A DNA stretch of 63,991 nucleotides, counting the filler, from Streblomastix strix (Eukaryota): NCBI GenBank assembly GCA_008636045.1. It is 3 parts of 3 records of this genome, joined end to end, with 100 filler letters (N's around TTAATTAATTAA, not from the genome) between each part and the next. Parts side by side here need not be neighbours in the genome. Positions count along the whole stretch, not along the records: positions 1 to 22,209 come from SNRW01000333.1; 2 more parts are not named here. One strand, 5' to 3'. Numbering within the stretch: position 1 is the stretch's first letter; each line of letters starts with the position of its first letter. Under the pieces are notes generated by a model that saw nothing but the letters and a program-made list of their open reading frames with translations, made no database searches and was not told the origin of the DNA. Below, one piece after another: positions 1 through 17,849 of this stretch. A program made the translations under genes and the position numbers.

Positions 1-2
1 TA

Positions 3-1532
3 AAAGTAGGCATTGCTAAACCAGAACAAGAAAAAAAGACTGCAAATGAAAACCTGTTCTCATAAACATGCATTCATCTTGACAATCTTCCAGGAGAATT
101 GAATGAATCTGAACTAAGAGCTGAGTTTTAAGGTTTTGCAATCAAAGACATAATAATAACAAGACGCGAAGATGGATCAACTGCTGGATTTTGCTTAATT
201 GACTTCAGTAATGAATCAGATCAGAAACGCTCAATTGAACAGAAACAATGTTTTTTGCTGAAAGGGAAGGAAATTGCAATTAGGGCTGCATATAAAGGGA
301 AATTGAGTATTCTAATAGCACCATAAATTGTTATATCTGAACCCCGTCCTCCAACAAATAAATTTTAACCTCCAGCAGGATTTCCAAGATAAATTGTCCA
401 TTCATTTCCAATTGAACTGCTGAATACTCTTCCTCAATTTTAATTCAGAGAAAGAATTAGCATTATTACATAAGTATACTAAGCATAGCAAGTAGTGTAA
501 CGCCTGCTGAAGGAAGATTGCCTTGGTTTTGATACAGAATCACAAATCAATTGGAATGGGGGACCAAATAACCTAACAATTGTTCAAATTGCAAACAGAC
601 ACGAAGCATGGATATTCATTATAAGAGCTCTTAGAGGAATATCGGCACTAATTCCGTTATTCACATCTGATGTGCCGCAAAAAGTCTGCTTTGCAGTTAC
701 TGGCGATATCGACCAGCTTCGCAGCATTTAACAATTTGAGCCGCATGGATTTGTCGAAGTTGCAGATGTATCGAGAATGATTGGCGTATCTGATACTGGA
801 ATGCAGCGTCTATGTGCGAATCTGCTGGGTGTGCGCATTGACAAGAAAGAATCGACGTCCAACTGGGGAAGAAACATTTTGACTGACAAACAGATCGTTT
901 ATGCCGCAACTGATGCATTTGTGAGTCGCTGGGTCTATGAAAGTGTTTGGGAATACAAAAGAAGAGGATTGTCTTTGCCTCCAATCGAACACGTGGAATG
1001 TAAAGAAGAAGAATGCGATGTGACGCAATTCGATCTTGAGATTGGGAATATTGATAGTTCTGTTACTTAGAAGCAGTTGAAAAGAGTGTTTTAATAAGAA
1101 GGATTCTTTATTAGGAAAGTTGTGTTTAATGATCAGATCATACAAATTCACCGATAAGGATAAATGATATAAGTGAAAAGTGGATTATTAATGCTTGATA
1201 ATGAAGATATTTGCGAATAAATTATTGACAAAATGAATGGAATAATGATTGGAAAAACTGCAATAACATTGAAAAAATCAGAATTAAAAGTAAGCAGAAA
1301 AGCTTAGTAGTAAAATAAAATAGAATAACTAAAAGAATCATAAATAAAGAAGGAAGAATCCGTTTCATAAAAAGAAGAATATGTTCCATAAAAAGAAGAA
1401 ATTGATTCAAAAAACGAAGATCACGATATTAAAATTCAAGAATAAGACCATTAAAAGGAAGAATAAGATACAGAAAAGGAGGCAGAAGATCTAAAGAATG
1501 AAAAATCTGATTTAAATCATGCAACTAAATGA
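3..1532 (+). CDS. RRM - DEDDy 3'-5' exonuclease (WRN/EXD-like) - RRM fusion protein, 5' truncated
   Basis: One frame open to TGA 1530-1532 with TAR=Gln. RRM (IHLDNLP...STAGFCLIDF), ExoI LGFDTES, ExoII VTGDIDQL, ExoIII YAATDA with SNWG, then a second RRM-like segment (EIGNIDSSVT...IDKMNGIMIG) and an acidic tail. Confidence 0.85.
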
Positions 1533-1723
1533 AGAAAATGTTTACATTTCAATCATAATATGATCATTTCAAACATTTGTCCATATTATAATAAAATTAT
1601 TAGCAAATATTTATTATTTAATTATTTTAATTAGAAAATCAGCACCAGAATGTGAATAACATTCTCGTTATTTCCGTCTCGTCCCCCATACATATATAAA
1701 CATAATTTTATTTTTTTCAAAAG

Positions 1724-6580
<4,857 letters not shown>

Positions 6581-7237
6581 ATGAATTATATTCATAATAA
6601 TAATTATATATTATATACTATATGAGATGATGATATTACAGATTATTGGATTGAAGATTTTTATTCAAGCAGTTATTTTTTTTATTTTATTTTTGTATAC
6701 TATCAGATGCATTAACGTTGATATTAATTGCCTAATATTGTCATTTTATCAATAGATTGACTAAAATTCAATTTTTTTTATTTAATCGCAAATTTAACAG
6801 AGTGTATTATTTTCTAAATGTATTTTTTTATATCTCTTTATAAATAATTAATTAATTTTCTCTGCAATGTTTTTGTTTATCTTTACCTATACTATTTTTA
6901 ATATACATAATCTTGAGCAGCTTTTTTTTAATTATTTACCTCATGTTGCAATTTCCCCTTTATTTTAATTCATTTTCTTTCTATCCAGCATCTTTTTAAA
7001 TTTTAATAACTAATTCTAGGAATAATAGAATCTGAATAGTATTTTAATCTGACTAACAAATGCAATAAAAATTAGTATAGGTTAAATCGGATTGTTAAAT
7101 ATGTATTATTTTTATTGATAAGTAAAAAGTGACGATTAAAACACTAAATAATATAAAAATAACATTCAACTATATATAAAACCCTGTTAATAATATTCTA
7201 AGACTATATCCATTTACTTTATTATATACCTAATACT

Positions 7238-8499
7238 TCAATCTTCATCTTCTTTATGCATTACATCTTCAACGCCATTCAACTTTCTCTCATTCGTTTC
7301 TTCTTAATGCGAACACGAAAACTGTCTTGTTGCATATGCGAGTGCGAATTGACCTGTAATTGTTGTTGGGAATAATGAATAATGATTATGAATAAAGAAT
7401 ATTATCATAATAACATATAAATATAAGCCATTTATTAATATATTAACTTATCCGTATATATTAATACCCGAGTAATACAGCACTATCACAGTGCCATTAG
7501 CCAATGGGAGAAGTCCTTCATAGAACAGATGCAAGAATAAGACTACATCAGACAATATGAAGAGAATAGTGCCCATAATTCCTACACGGTGGCAGATTCT
7601 GGGTATGATTGAGATAAATATATATTAAGAATGATAATAAATTAATTTATTGTATTACATATATATATTAACTCGGTAATAAATGAGTATTACAATATAT
7701 AATATATAAACAAATAATAAATAAATCCAAACAATATCAATATATATTTATATACCTACAAGCCCCCCTTGTCTTATCCTACCCAACACTCACAAGAACA
7801 GCCAACTCAACAACCTCTACAAACAAGTACACAAACAGGCCAACAACATTGACTACAGCATCTGATACATCTTTCTGTCTATCTCCAGGTTGTCTCATTC
7901 CAGTAAAAAGGATGGCTAATATTGGAACTAGAGCTATTATACCGATATTGCAGACTTGCTTGCTCTTCTTCCTTCTTCTGATTACGGAGCTGATTTGTGA
8001 GAAGAAGCCTTTATTGGAATTATTCTTATTCTTATTGTCGTTTTCTTTGATTTTGCTTCTGTTGTTGTTTGTATTATCTATTTAAGGAAGGTATGCTTTG
8101 ATGTAGCAGAGGTGCGCAGCTGTGAAGAAAATGCCCCCACCGAGAAAAGCAAAGAAGTTGTATGGATGAATCATGAATTGGTCTCCGATTGCGCTGAGTA
8201 AAGCTCCTATTTGGCAGAAGACTGTTGAATAATAGAAAATTAAAAAAAAAAAATTGGATTAATTATTAAAAAGAAAAAAACTAATATATAATATCATAAC
8301 TCAATAGATTCTGTCCTCTTGCTCTGTCGGCTTAAGAGCTTTCCTTTTGCCAGAGAAGTTCCAATGGTATTAAGAGCATAATGAATATGCTCTTAGAGCC
8401 GTGCATGACAATCTCATTATTCAGATGAGCAAAGTACATATACAAAGCAGCATGAGCAAATTGAAAGATCAATAACAGAATTATTTGTATTTAAGACAT
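7238..8499 (-). CDS. YhhN/TMEM86 family (lysoplasmalogenase-like) membrane protein; intron-containing
   Basis: LSAIGDQFM...FLGGGIFFTAAHLCYI and GTILFILSD match YhhN motifs; several hydrophobic segments; ATG 8499, TGA 7238. Confidence 0.75.
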
Positions 8500-9097
8500 G
8501 TCTAATAACATATTTTAAAATAAAAAGAAAAATTTAAGAAATGTTTGTTGATAAAAATGAGAGGGAAAATAAAAAATAATAGAAACTGATTTTGTAGGAA
8601 TGTTTTATTTTAAAAATGCTTTTAAATAATTAATAAATATTTATCTATAAATGTTATTATAATATTAATAGGTAACAATGAAAAATAAAATTTGATTTGA
8701 TCATAATATTGAATTTTACTACGTTGCTCATGAAATTGTTTCTAATCCAAATTAATTATGTAATTAAATGAAAAATTCACATCAAAATACATTTATTAAA
8801 CAATATTAATTAATAAAAAAGAATATGAACTTAATGCTAGTTTTGAAAAACACTTTAAATTATTAGAAGCAATAATCATCTACCTAGATTTGATTATTTA
8901 ATAATTAAATAAATTAATCGTACTGAAATATATTTAACAGTCAATATGAATAATTTTAAAGGAATCTAAACTATTACAAACATATATTTTAACTTCGTTT
9001 AGTTGATTTGAAAATTTTTCCATTAAATTTCCAAAATTATCCTTTACCAATACAATTTTCATAATAATTTATTTTCTAAATATGAGGTTTAATAATA

Positions 9098-11851
9098 ATG
9101 GGTAATGAATAAAGCAAAAATCATCCAAAATAAAATATATTACAATAAGATGAGGAAAAGAGAAACATTACTGGAAATTTGAATGAATTAGAACTTTTCA
9201 GTGGACCAGTTAAAATTCTTGTTGGACGCCGTTCTCAGCCAATTGATGGCATACTTCGTTTCTGTATCCGTATTTCAGATGCGGCATTCTTTATGTACTG
9301 GTAAAGAGAGGATCGAATTGAATCTCAAAACATGAATGAACTTCAACAAGTTACTATTGATGTTCGATGAATATAATCAGTGTGCATTTTTTTGAATAAT
9401 AAAGTCCATATTATGCATACATTATGATTTTTTCTTTCATTTTAATATATTTTCCAGATTCGGAGAATCTATGTAAATGATGGACTTGTTATAATTAAGA
9501 TTATTTAAATGGGAGGTTTACACTTAGCTAACAATTATTAATTCCCAATAATAAATTTTCATTAATTTTATCTTGAAAACTTGCAGGAATAGATCTTTTA
9601 CAATTTTTATTCGATGATGTTGAAGAATTTAATCATTTCTTCAACTAACTTGTTGGAAATGTTCATATTTTAAAAAGTTAATAAGATGAAAATTTATTCA
9701 TACTGTAGGATAATATAGCATAATATGCAGAATAAAGAAGAAACGATGAAGATTAAAGAAGAAAAGCATTAGAAGAAGAATAAAGAAGAAAAGCATTAAA
9801 AGAAGAATAAAGAAGAAAAGTATTAGAAGATAAATAAAGAAGAAAAGGATTAGAAGAATAAAGAAGAAAAGGATTAGAAGAATAAAGAAGAAAAGGATTA
9901 GAAGAATAAAGAAGATTTGTGTTAGAAGTAAATTCAAAACTAAATCGCAAACATCATCATGATCTCCATAAAGTTAAAGCTAAATAACCTCCGTCATATG
10001 AATAATTATTAATGTAAATATATGGAAATAATATAAACGAAGTTTAAAATATAAAAGCTAAAGAGAAATAAATAGAAATACAAAAATAGAAAGAATTCGA
10101 GAAAGAAAAAGAAAATTAAATCGAGAAGGAATAAGATAAGTAAATTGAAAATGAAAAAGAATAGCAGATAAAAAAAGAATATGAGAAATAAGAAAAAGAA
10201 AATTTAAAAAAAGAAAAAGAATAAGAGAAATAATTAGAGAAAGAAAAAGATTCATTTATTGCATAACCATTAAATGTACCATTTAATACAACTTGGAAAA
10301 TGTCAGATTGTATGTAAATATTTATATTTAATATTTTTCAATTTTTGATTGTTATTTATTTATTTATATCGATATAATATCTATATAATCAAGTTGAATA
10401 GAAGGAAAGACTTGGAAAAGGAGCATTTGGAGTAGTACGCCATGTCATTGAAAAGAGTTCATAACTTCACATGGCTTGGAAAGAAATGGATTATGAAGAA
10501 GATGAAGAAGAAATTAAACAGATGGTTATTAATGAGAAGGATTAAGCACTGAATGCTTATAGAATATTGGCATAAGCAGTAAATTCATAATAGTAATTCC
10601 TTCATGTTGTTCAACCACTTGGATTCTTTGTGAATGAAGACATTCATAGAGCATATCTTGTGATGGAATACTGTTCTGGAGGAGATTTGCGTAAGTATAT
10701 CAACAATATGAAGAAATCTGGAATGGAAATAAGTCCTAAGGTATATAAATATATTAATACTATATAATAGATATTATCTTATTTAAATATATTTATTATA
10801 AAACATTGATTTATTTTTTATTCTCTATTTTATTATGGATAGAAATGCTATCAGATTATGTGGTAGATTGGATCTTCTTTGTGCCAACTTCATACGAGTA
10901 TGATCATGCATATGGACTTAAAACCAGAGAACGTATTACTAACTGAAGAGTTCATGGTCAAACTAAGTATGAAATTTAAAGAATTATTGGTTTAAAAATT
11001 ATTTTTCTATTCATTTATCTTTTTTTAAATAGGTGACTTTGGTTTATCAAGACAACTTCAAGTCGGTCGAGAATACGTAACTGCTCATGGTGGTACTTTG
11101 TATACAATTAATGAAAATACCATTAAAAACAATATAAAGTTTTTTATTAATCCTTATTAATATTAATATTATTTATTTATGTATTCTTATTAATATTAAT
11201 ATTATTTTAATTATTTATACTTTATAGTCTATTTTAAGCTCCAGAAGTGCTTCGGAACAAATCAAAGGAGAAAAAGGAAAAGGGACCTAAACAGAAGTAT
11301 GCAATTATTACTATTTATTAATAATTAAATTAATTAAACTTTTCTTATATTTTTAATACATTTCATCATTTAGAATCGTTCAGACACCTGCATGTGACAT
11401 CTGGGCATTTGGAGTGATGATGTTCGAACTATTGGCACAACGTCACCCATTCTTTGACAGCCAAGTTTGTGATAAAATTAATAACAAAAAATATTTGTTA
11501 TATTAAATTATTAATATTATTTTTAATTATTTGTATATCTTATAACTAAAGGATGAAGATATACCAGCAGAAGAATTCATCCATCGTGTTGTCAATCTTC
11601 CACCTGCAGAACTTCCTGATCACTACCCATTGAAACTGAGGAGTCTGATCAAACAGATGCTTGAAAAGGTTTTACATTATTTATAATCAAATCAATTAAT
11701 ATTAATTTAGTTAAATATAATTATTGTTATTTTGTTAATTATTTGAATTCTTTATCTTCCATTTATATCAAATAAGGATCCTTCACAACGCATTTCTGCA
11801 GAAGAGATCCTTAACGTTCCTGAAGTTGCTGCATAATTACCTGGCAAATGA
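9098..11851 (+). CDS. Ser/Thr protein kinase with MGNxxS N-terminus and coiled-coil repeat; multi-intron
   Basis: LGKGAFGVV, MAWKEM, YLVMEYCSGGDL, HMDLKPENVLL, GDFG, APE, DIWAFG, DPSQRISA; TGA 11849-11851. Confidence 0.9.
9740..9915 (+). repeat. 24-bp coding tandem repeat (EEQRRKGL-like) in the kinase
   Basis: About seven copies of the GAATAAAGAAGAAAAGGATTAGAA unit. Confidence 0.8.
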
Positions 11852-12034
11852 ACAAAATGAATGTGAAAATAATGTTATGTTATATATCTTTAGTTGTAAT
11901 GTTAATATTTTCAATGTTAAATAAGTATTATAAAATAAATATTGTGATGAAATGAATCATAACCTGAGCTATTATTTTGGATAAAATTAAAATAAATAAA
12001 TAAAATATCATTGAATGTTAAAAAACATAAAAAA

Positions 12035-12630
12035 TGATTAATAAAAAATAATAATTTTGAAATTAAGTAGTGGAGCACATTTTGAAATGAATCTTGGAAT
12101 GAAATTCATGAGGACATTGAAATATATTTCTGAGTATCCAAATAATCGATAATTCTTTGCAACTGAACTAAAAATGCATAAAATTCTTACTCCAATAATC
12201 CACATTCAATGTGATCCCGAATTAGAATGTCAACTTCATATCATTAATCCGAATTCATCTGAATAATAAGAGCTTCTTGGAAAAATGCTTGATGCACTTG
12301 GTTATCTTATCTTGAATAATGAATAATATTGTTAAATCTTAATTGAATATCATTATGTAATTGAACATCTTATTTCTATTATAATATAATTCACTGATTA
12401 ATAACAATATAATAATAAATAAACAAAATAAATATAACCTCCATTAAATTCTTTACAGAAATCCTAAACTACATTTTATTATTAATTCATTATTAGAATG
12501 CTTAGTCTTCTTATAAATTTTATACAAACTATTAAAATGTAATGTGATTGTATAGTATTCGAACCTGGATTGAGTGAATCTTTGATAAAATTAATTAATT
12601 TCAACAGATTCGATCATATAAATGAATATA
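12035..12630 (+). pseudogene. Fragment of expanded uncharacterised family, cut by the DIRS remnant end
   Basis: IHIQCDPELEC resembles the family HLNCxxxxxC motif; the frame runs into the element terminus at 12631. Confidence 0.5.
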
Positions 12631-15600
12631 ATCGTAGCTATCCTCGTTTCTGGAATACCACCTTTTTATTGTGAGACTGTAACATAAGGCAATGGGTTCA
12701 GTTATCGAAACTTAATAAATATTCATGAAGTGTTAAACATAACATTAAAATAAATTTAAGCAATTTAAAATTTAACTTTAAACTTAATTAATAAAAATAG
12801 TTAATAACATTTTTATCAAATTAATGCGTTTATAAGTGAATTGGTTAAAAGGTAGTATTATTATAAAAAGTATATATCTCAAATTTAAAGTTGTTGAGCG
12901 ACTATAGATGAGTTATGTGACTAAATATACAAGAAAAATAATAGAAAATAATGTAAAAGTGTGATGCATTCTTTATCAAATATTAAGTAAAAAAAAATAA
13001 AATATAATACTATAAATAAAAAACATTCAAATTGGAGAGAAATGAACTAGAATTCTTCGATTAATCATTGGTTTGGAGAAGAATGGAGTTAAGGAGGTGA
13101 GAAAATGGTTGTATTCCAGAAGCGTAGATGGTACGATAACTTCTCCATTTTATTACGAAATTGTCTAGCATCCACTTAATCTGGACTACCTTTTTATTGT
13201 GAGACTGTAATGTCACTCAAAGTTTGTGAGTCTCTCTCTTATAGTATCATTTAAATTCATATCATAATGTACTGCTACAGTGCTAGGTCCATCTTTATGT
13301 CTGGATGCTCTGTTAATCTCTTAGATTGTTGCTCCCTGATTGATACTTTTAGTTATTGATGATTTACGTATTGATGTGACTGAGTTTCCCTTCACTACTC
13401 CGGATGCTTCCATGATAATATGAACAGATTTGGATAGGTACTCACAGGAGGAAACTTATTTATATTTAGATTGCCACCAAAGTTATTTATTTCAATCTTC
13501 CTCATTTCTTAACACGATCCACCTGCAAAGCCGGGTTGTTGGGCAAACTTTCGGATTATGCAATAGTCTGAATGTCACTGTTAAGTCATAATTATCGCAT
13601 TTCCAGATAGATGTCCTTAGCTACCACACGTTATTCTCAAGTTAAACCACAGATGCCCTAAGAATCTCTATTAAACGCAGGGTGGAGAAGGCCATAATCG
13701 AAGATATGATATAGCTAGGATATACTTTTTTCACTCAGTTTTCATATTATATCAACTCGTTCATGTATATGTTTCAGAAGAAGATCTAATTTATATATTG
13801 ATTCTTCTTTTTTTTGTTTCTGATTGTAGTTATAAGTTTTTCATAGTTTATCTCAATGCAAATCCATTTCTTCTATCTTCATAAAAGCCTTGAATCCTGA
13901 ATAGTAATATCATTGAAGTTCTAAATGCATTTGAATTAGTATTTGAAACATGAAATGAAACTTTTTTTTAGCGATAACGTTGGAAGTAACAGTTTCTGGA
14001 TCTTTCACCGTTTTAATCTCATCCCAATATTTCCCAGATTTGGTCTAGAACTCTTCAAATCCGCTTATTCTTTATAAATGTCTGCTCCAGATACTATGTC
14101 ATCCCTCAATAACTTATTATGTTGTTTCTTCATTAAACTATTTCTTTGATATGATCCATTTGAAGAGCTCTTCTCTTGAATCGCCTCTAGTCTAAATATG
14201 AGTATTTCTCCTGGTGAAAGATACTTCTTTACTTTCCTCATTCGACCCTCAGTCCTCAAAACGTCTACGTTTCTCTCTAGGTTGACATTTCTTGATGCCA
14301 GATTAGTCAGACTAGGCCACCAAGATTGGGATGGCCAATTAGGTATCACCAGCACTGCTTGAACATTCTTTTCTCTTACTTTGTTGAGCGTTGCTTAGAT
14401 CAATGGAATCGGAGGATGGAAATATGGAAGGTCTCCCTTCCATTGGAGAGGCAAACAGTCTTGTATCGCAATCCAACTATCCGTTATGATGCTTACGAAT
14501 CATTTATGCTTCCTATTCTTTTTATTCGCGAACATATCGATTGATGAACGAGTTTTCGAAACATGAATAGCTTCTTCGAAGACTTCGTGACATAGTGAAT
14601 AGTTTCCGGAGGTTTCTAGACAAGAAATCGAATCCGGAATCTTGATTGTCACTATAGGAATGTAGAATGCATGAAGTTATAGGTAGATGTTTTATAATAT
14701 TTCCGGTGTTCTGTCCATAAACTTTGCAAGAGCTACAGCGGCTGGTTCTTGATTGATATTGGTTGCTGCTATTGTATTGTCTGTTTCTATTTTAAGTGAT
14801 TTGATTTATCTTTCTTTCAAGAATATCTAGGAACGGCAAAGGCGTAACGAATTGCTGTGGCTTTTCTCCAATTGTTACTTTGAAGATGCTAGTTTTGACT
14901 CCGTTTGCCCCAAAACCAGACTTCTTATGCTGGATTGAACAGCTTAAACGTTCCAATCCAACGGGTCTGCCTCGCATCTATTGTTAGATTCGGTTGTGAT
15001 TCGACAATTATTGCTTGAACAAGTCTATTTCTCGTTACTATTGATTACCAAAAAGTATTTCTTTTATAATTTATCTATTCTGAGCAGTTAATGTATTTCG
15101 TCCTTACTATTGAACAATTTTATACTAAATATTGTTCAATTTCTTCACGTCAATTATTCCTCTAATAAGTTGAATCCCCAGAAAGTTCAAGATTCCTGTG
15201 AAACTCGCAAAGAATCTAACTTTCACCATCCGTTGGTTAACGGCGATCCTTCTCCATCTATCTAACATCTATTTCATCTTCATTTGTCAAGTTATTGTTA
15301 TTGATAGTTAGTCTAGATTAAAATCGATTGACCACCTCAGGGATTCTATAGTCATCAACGTCTTTAGAACTGGCATATCAAGAGATATTTCGGAGCCGAA
15401 ATTTGATAGTATTTTGATTATTTTCGCAGTACGTGATAATTCGGATTGGAGAACCTCTCTGATGATTTTGATCGCAGGACTAAGGGTCTTATGAATGATG
15501 ATTGAGCATGTTTGACCCTGAAATACATAGTCTTGTATTGGAAAACTTGCCTTTGAAGGTGAATCAGAGGAAAGGTCTGAATTCTATGTCCACTTGTATA

Positions 15601-16230
15601 TGATGAAAAGCAGACTCTTGATCGATCTTATTCATGCAATCTTTAGGTAATTGGAGAAATCTAAGGCCCTATATGTCCTCCATTATATAGTGAGTTGAAA
15701 GTAAATGTTTGCTATGTAAGGAACAATCGGTAATCTTTTTCAATTTCTCTTAATCCTTCCAAGGAATTATAAAACATGGATTGATCCATTTTAGTTAATT
15801 GAATGTCACTTCTTCCACAATCTATTCCTATTGTTCTTTCTGAATCAACAATCCCAAAGCTTGTTCGCTTTCGTGAGAATTTCTTTAATTTGAAATAGTT
15901 TTAATTAATTCTAAGATTGAAGGTGTCAATTTATTGATCCAATACGTTTTAATTCTTCTGGAAATTAGTTTGTTTGCTTTAATAAGTTTGCATGCTTTCG
16001 TATAATGAATTAGTTTTGCACCTATTGGCTAATTAATCAATGATTAATGATCCTTTAATAAGTGAATGAATTACAGATCCAGGAGTTTCCTGAAAAGTAG
16101 ATATTCCAGATTGCTTCTTAATTAGATTTCACTTTTAGGTTGTTCTTTTGGTTAATTCCAAATCGGAGATTGTAAGTATTTAAGAATTATCTTATTAACG
16201 TTTTATTGATTAAAATTTTCGATGTTAAAT
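12631..16230 (-). mobile_element. Degenerate 5'-truncated DIRS-type tyrosine-recombinase retrotransposon
   Basis: Frameshifted RT (DQESAFHHIQV), decayed RNase H, MT-like segment (LVIPNWPSQSWW), recombinase end (SIRKSSIT...RASRHKDG...VHYD, TGA 13213). ICR-like segment 13110-13210 matches the terminus 12631-12682. Confidence 0.85.
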
Positions 16231-16231
16231 T

Positions 16232-16483
16232 AGTATTATAAAATAAATATTGTGATGATTTGAATCATAACCTGAGCTATTAATTTGGATATAATTAAAA
16301 TAAATAAATAAAATGTCTTTGAATATTATAAAACATAAATAGTGATTAATAAAAAATAATAATTTTGAAATTAAGTAGTGGAGCACATTTTGAAAAGAAT
16401 CTTGGAATGAAACTCATGAAGACATTGAAATATATTTCTGAGTATCCAAATAATCGATAATTCTTTGCAACTGAACTAAAAAT
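16232..16483 (+). repeat. About 250-bp diverged direct duplicate of 11924-12175
   Basis: Near-identical runs such as GAAATTAAGTAGTGGAGCACATTTTGAAA and GAGTATCCAAATAATCGATAATTCTTTGCAACTGAACTAAAAAT occur in both. Confidence 0.9.
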
Positions 16484-16904
16484 AGAAATAGTTGAATGAA
16501 TTTGTACATTTGGAGGAAATTAAGAAGATATTAGCAAAATTATTTTTTTTGGATTAAAGAATTTCTTAAATATCATCATCAATATTCACAATTAAACTAT
16601 TCTTGAAAATGAACCAAAATTATAATCTTTAGAATATGAGAAACAATTCTATGATGTACTTGAAGAAGAAAGAGGAAATGAAGAATTTGATTCTAATGAG
16701 TATTAAAGAAAAGAAAATTTTTATTGCTTTATAAAGGATTTTTCCCTTGAAGCAGTGAAGAAGATTTATTAAATTATGAAAGATATCACAAACTTGAAAT
16801 GATTCTAAATAGTATGAATTAATTTCATTCTTACTACGAAATTTTCAAAATATATATTGTTGTCATTCTATTGTTATTTTTGAATTTGGGATACCAAACT
16901 GCCA

Positions 16905-17680
16905 CAGGGGGTAAAGTGGAGCAGGGCAAACCAGAAACGTAGGTCAGTCTAACATTCAATATAAGACAAAAATAAATAGAATTTTTTTCTAAACTTAAAA
17001 AATATGAATGAAAAAATGTGAGTTTATCTATCTTCACTAACTACTGTTATTTAGTAGTTTATGAAATATAGTACGGATTTAAATTATCCTAAATTGTATA
17101 AACTTAAATAATATGTAGTAATTTTGTTCTGACTTGCTGATTAAAGTGAAAATTTGTCTTCAAATTTTTAATAAAATCATATTTGGTATATGGTCAGGAA
17201 TATTTTGTTTTGATTTGCAAATAATAATTCAAGTTTAACGATATAAAAAAGAATTCAATAACTATTTTGAGTGCATAATTGTGAAAGTGTTGAATTAATG
17301 AAAAAATTAAAAAATGCGCACTTTTTATCAGAAATAAGTTAAATATCAACAATTATATTCAAATGTGCTAGCAAATATTCATATTAATTAAATAAAATAT
17401 AGAGAATGGAATAATGAATATTGATATATCGTGAAACAAGTGGGGTGAGCTTTTAATTGGGGGCATTAGTATTTAATTTGGGGCAAAAATTTAATTGGGT
17501 GCAGAATTTTTTTAATGGGGGCAGCTATCCCTTTTTATTTTTGTGACTGTTATGGGCAATTAATCAAAAAATTAGTAATTTGAAAAGATTTAAAATTTTA
17601 ATGAGCACATTTTTATACAATTTTGAAATATCATGTTGGATTTCTCTTCTTAAAAAGAGCTTGCCCCACTTTGCCTCCAG
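16905..17680. mobile_element. Possible degenerate non-autonomous TIR element
   Basis: CAGGGGGTAAAGTGGAGCAG (16905) and TTGCCCCACTTTGCCTCCAG (17661) are imperfect inverted repeats; four TTTAAT(T)GGGGCA-like motifs at 17450-17525. No TSD seen. Confidence 0.35.
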
Positions 17681-17849
17681 TTAATTTAAACTTTGAGCTA
17701 GAAATATATTTGATATTAATTAATATAAATATTAATTAATGTGAATAATAAAACACTTTTGATATATTATTAACAAAATTTATAATCATATTTAGAAGAA
17801 ATTTTATTTATTTATTTATTGATTTTTTTAACAAAGTGGGACAAAAACG

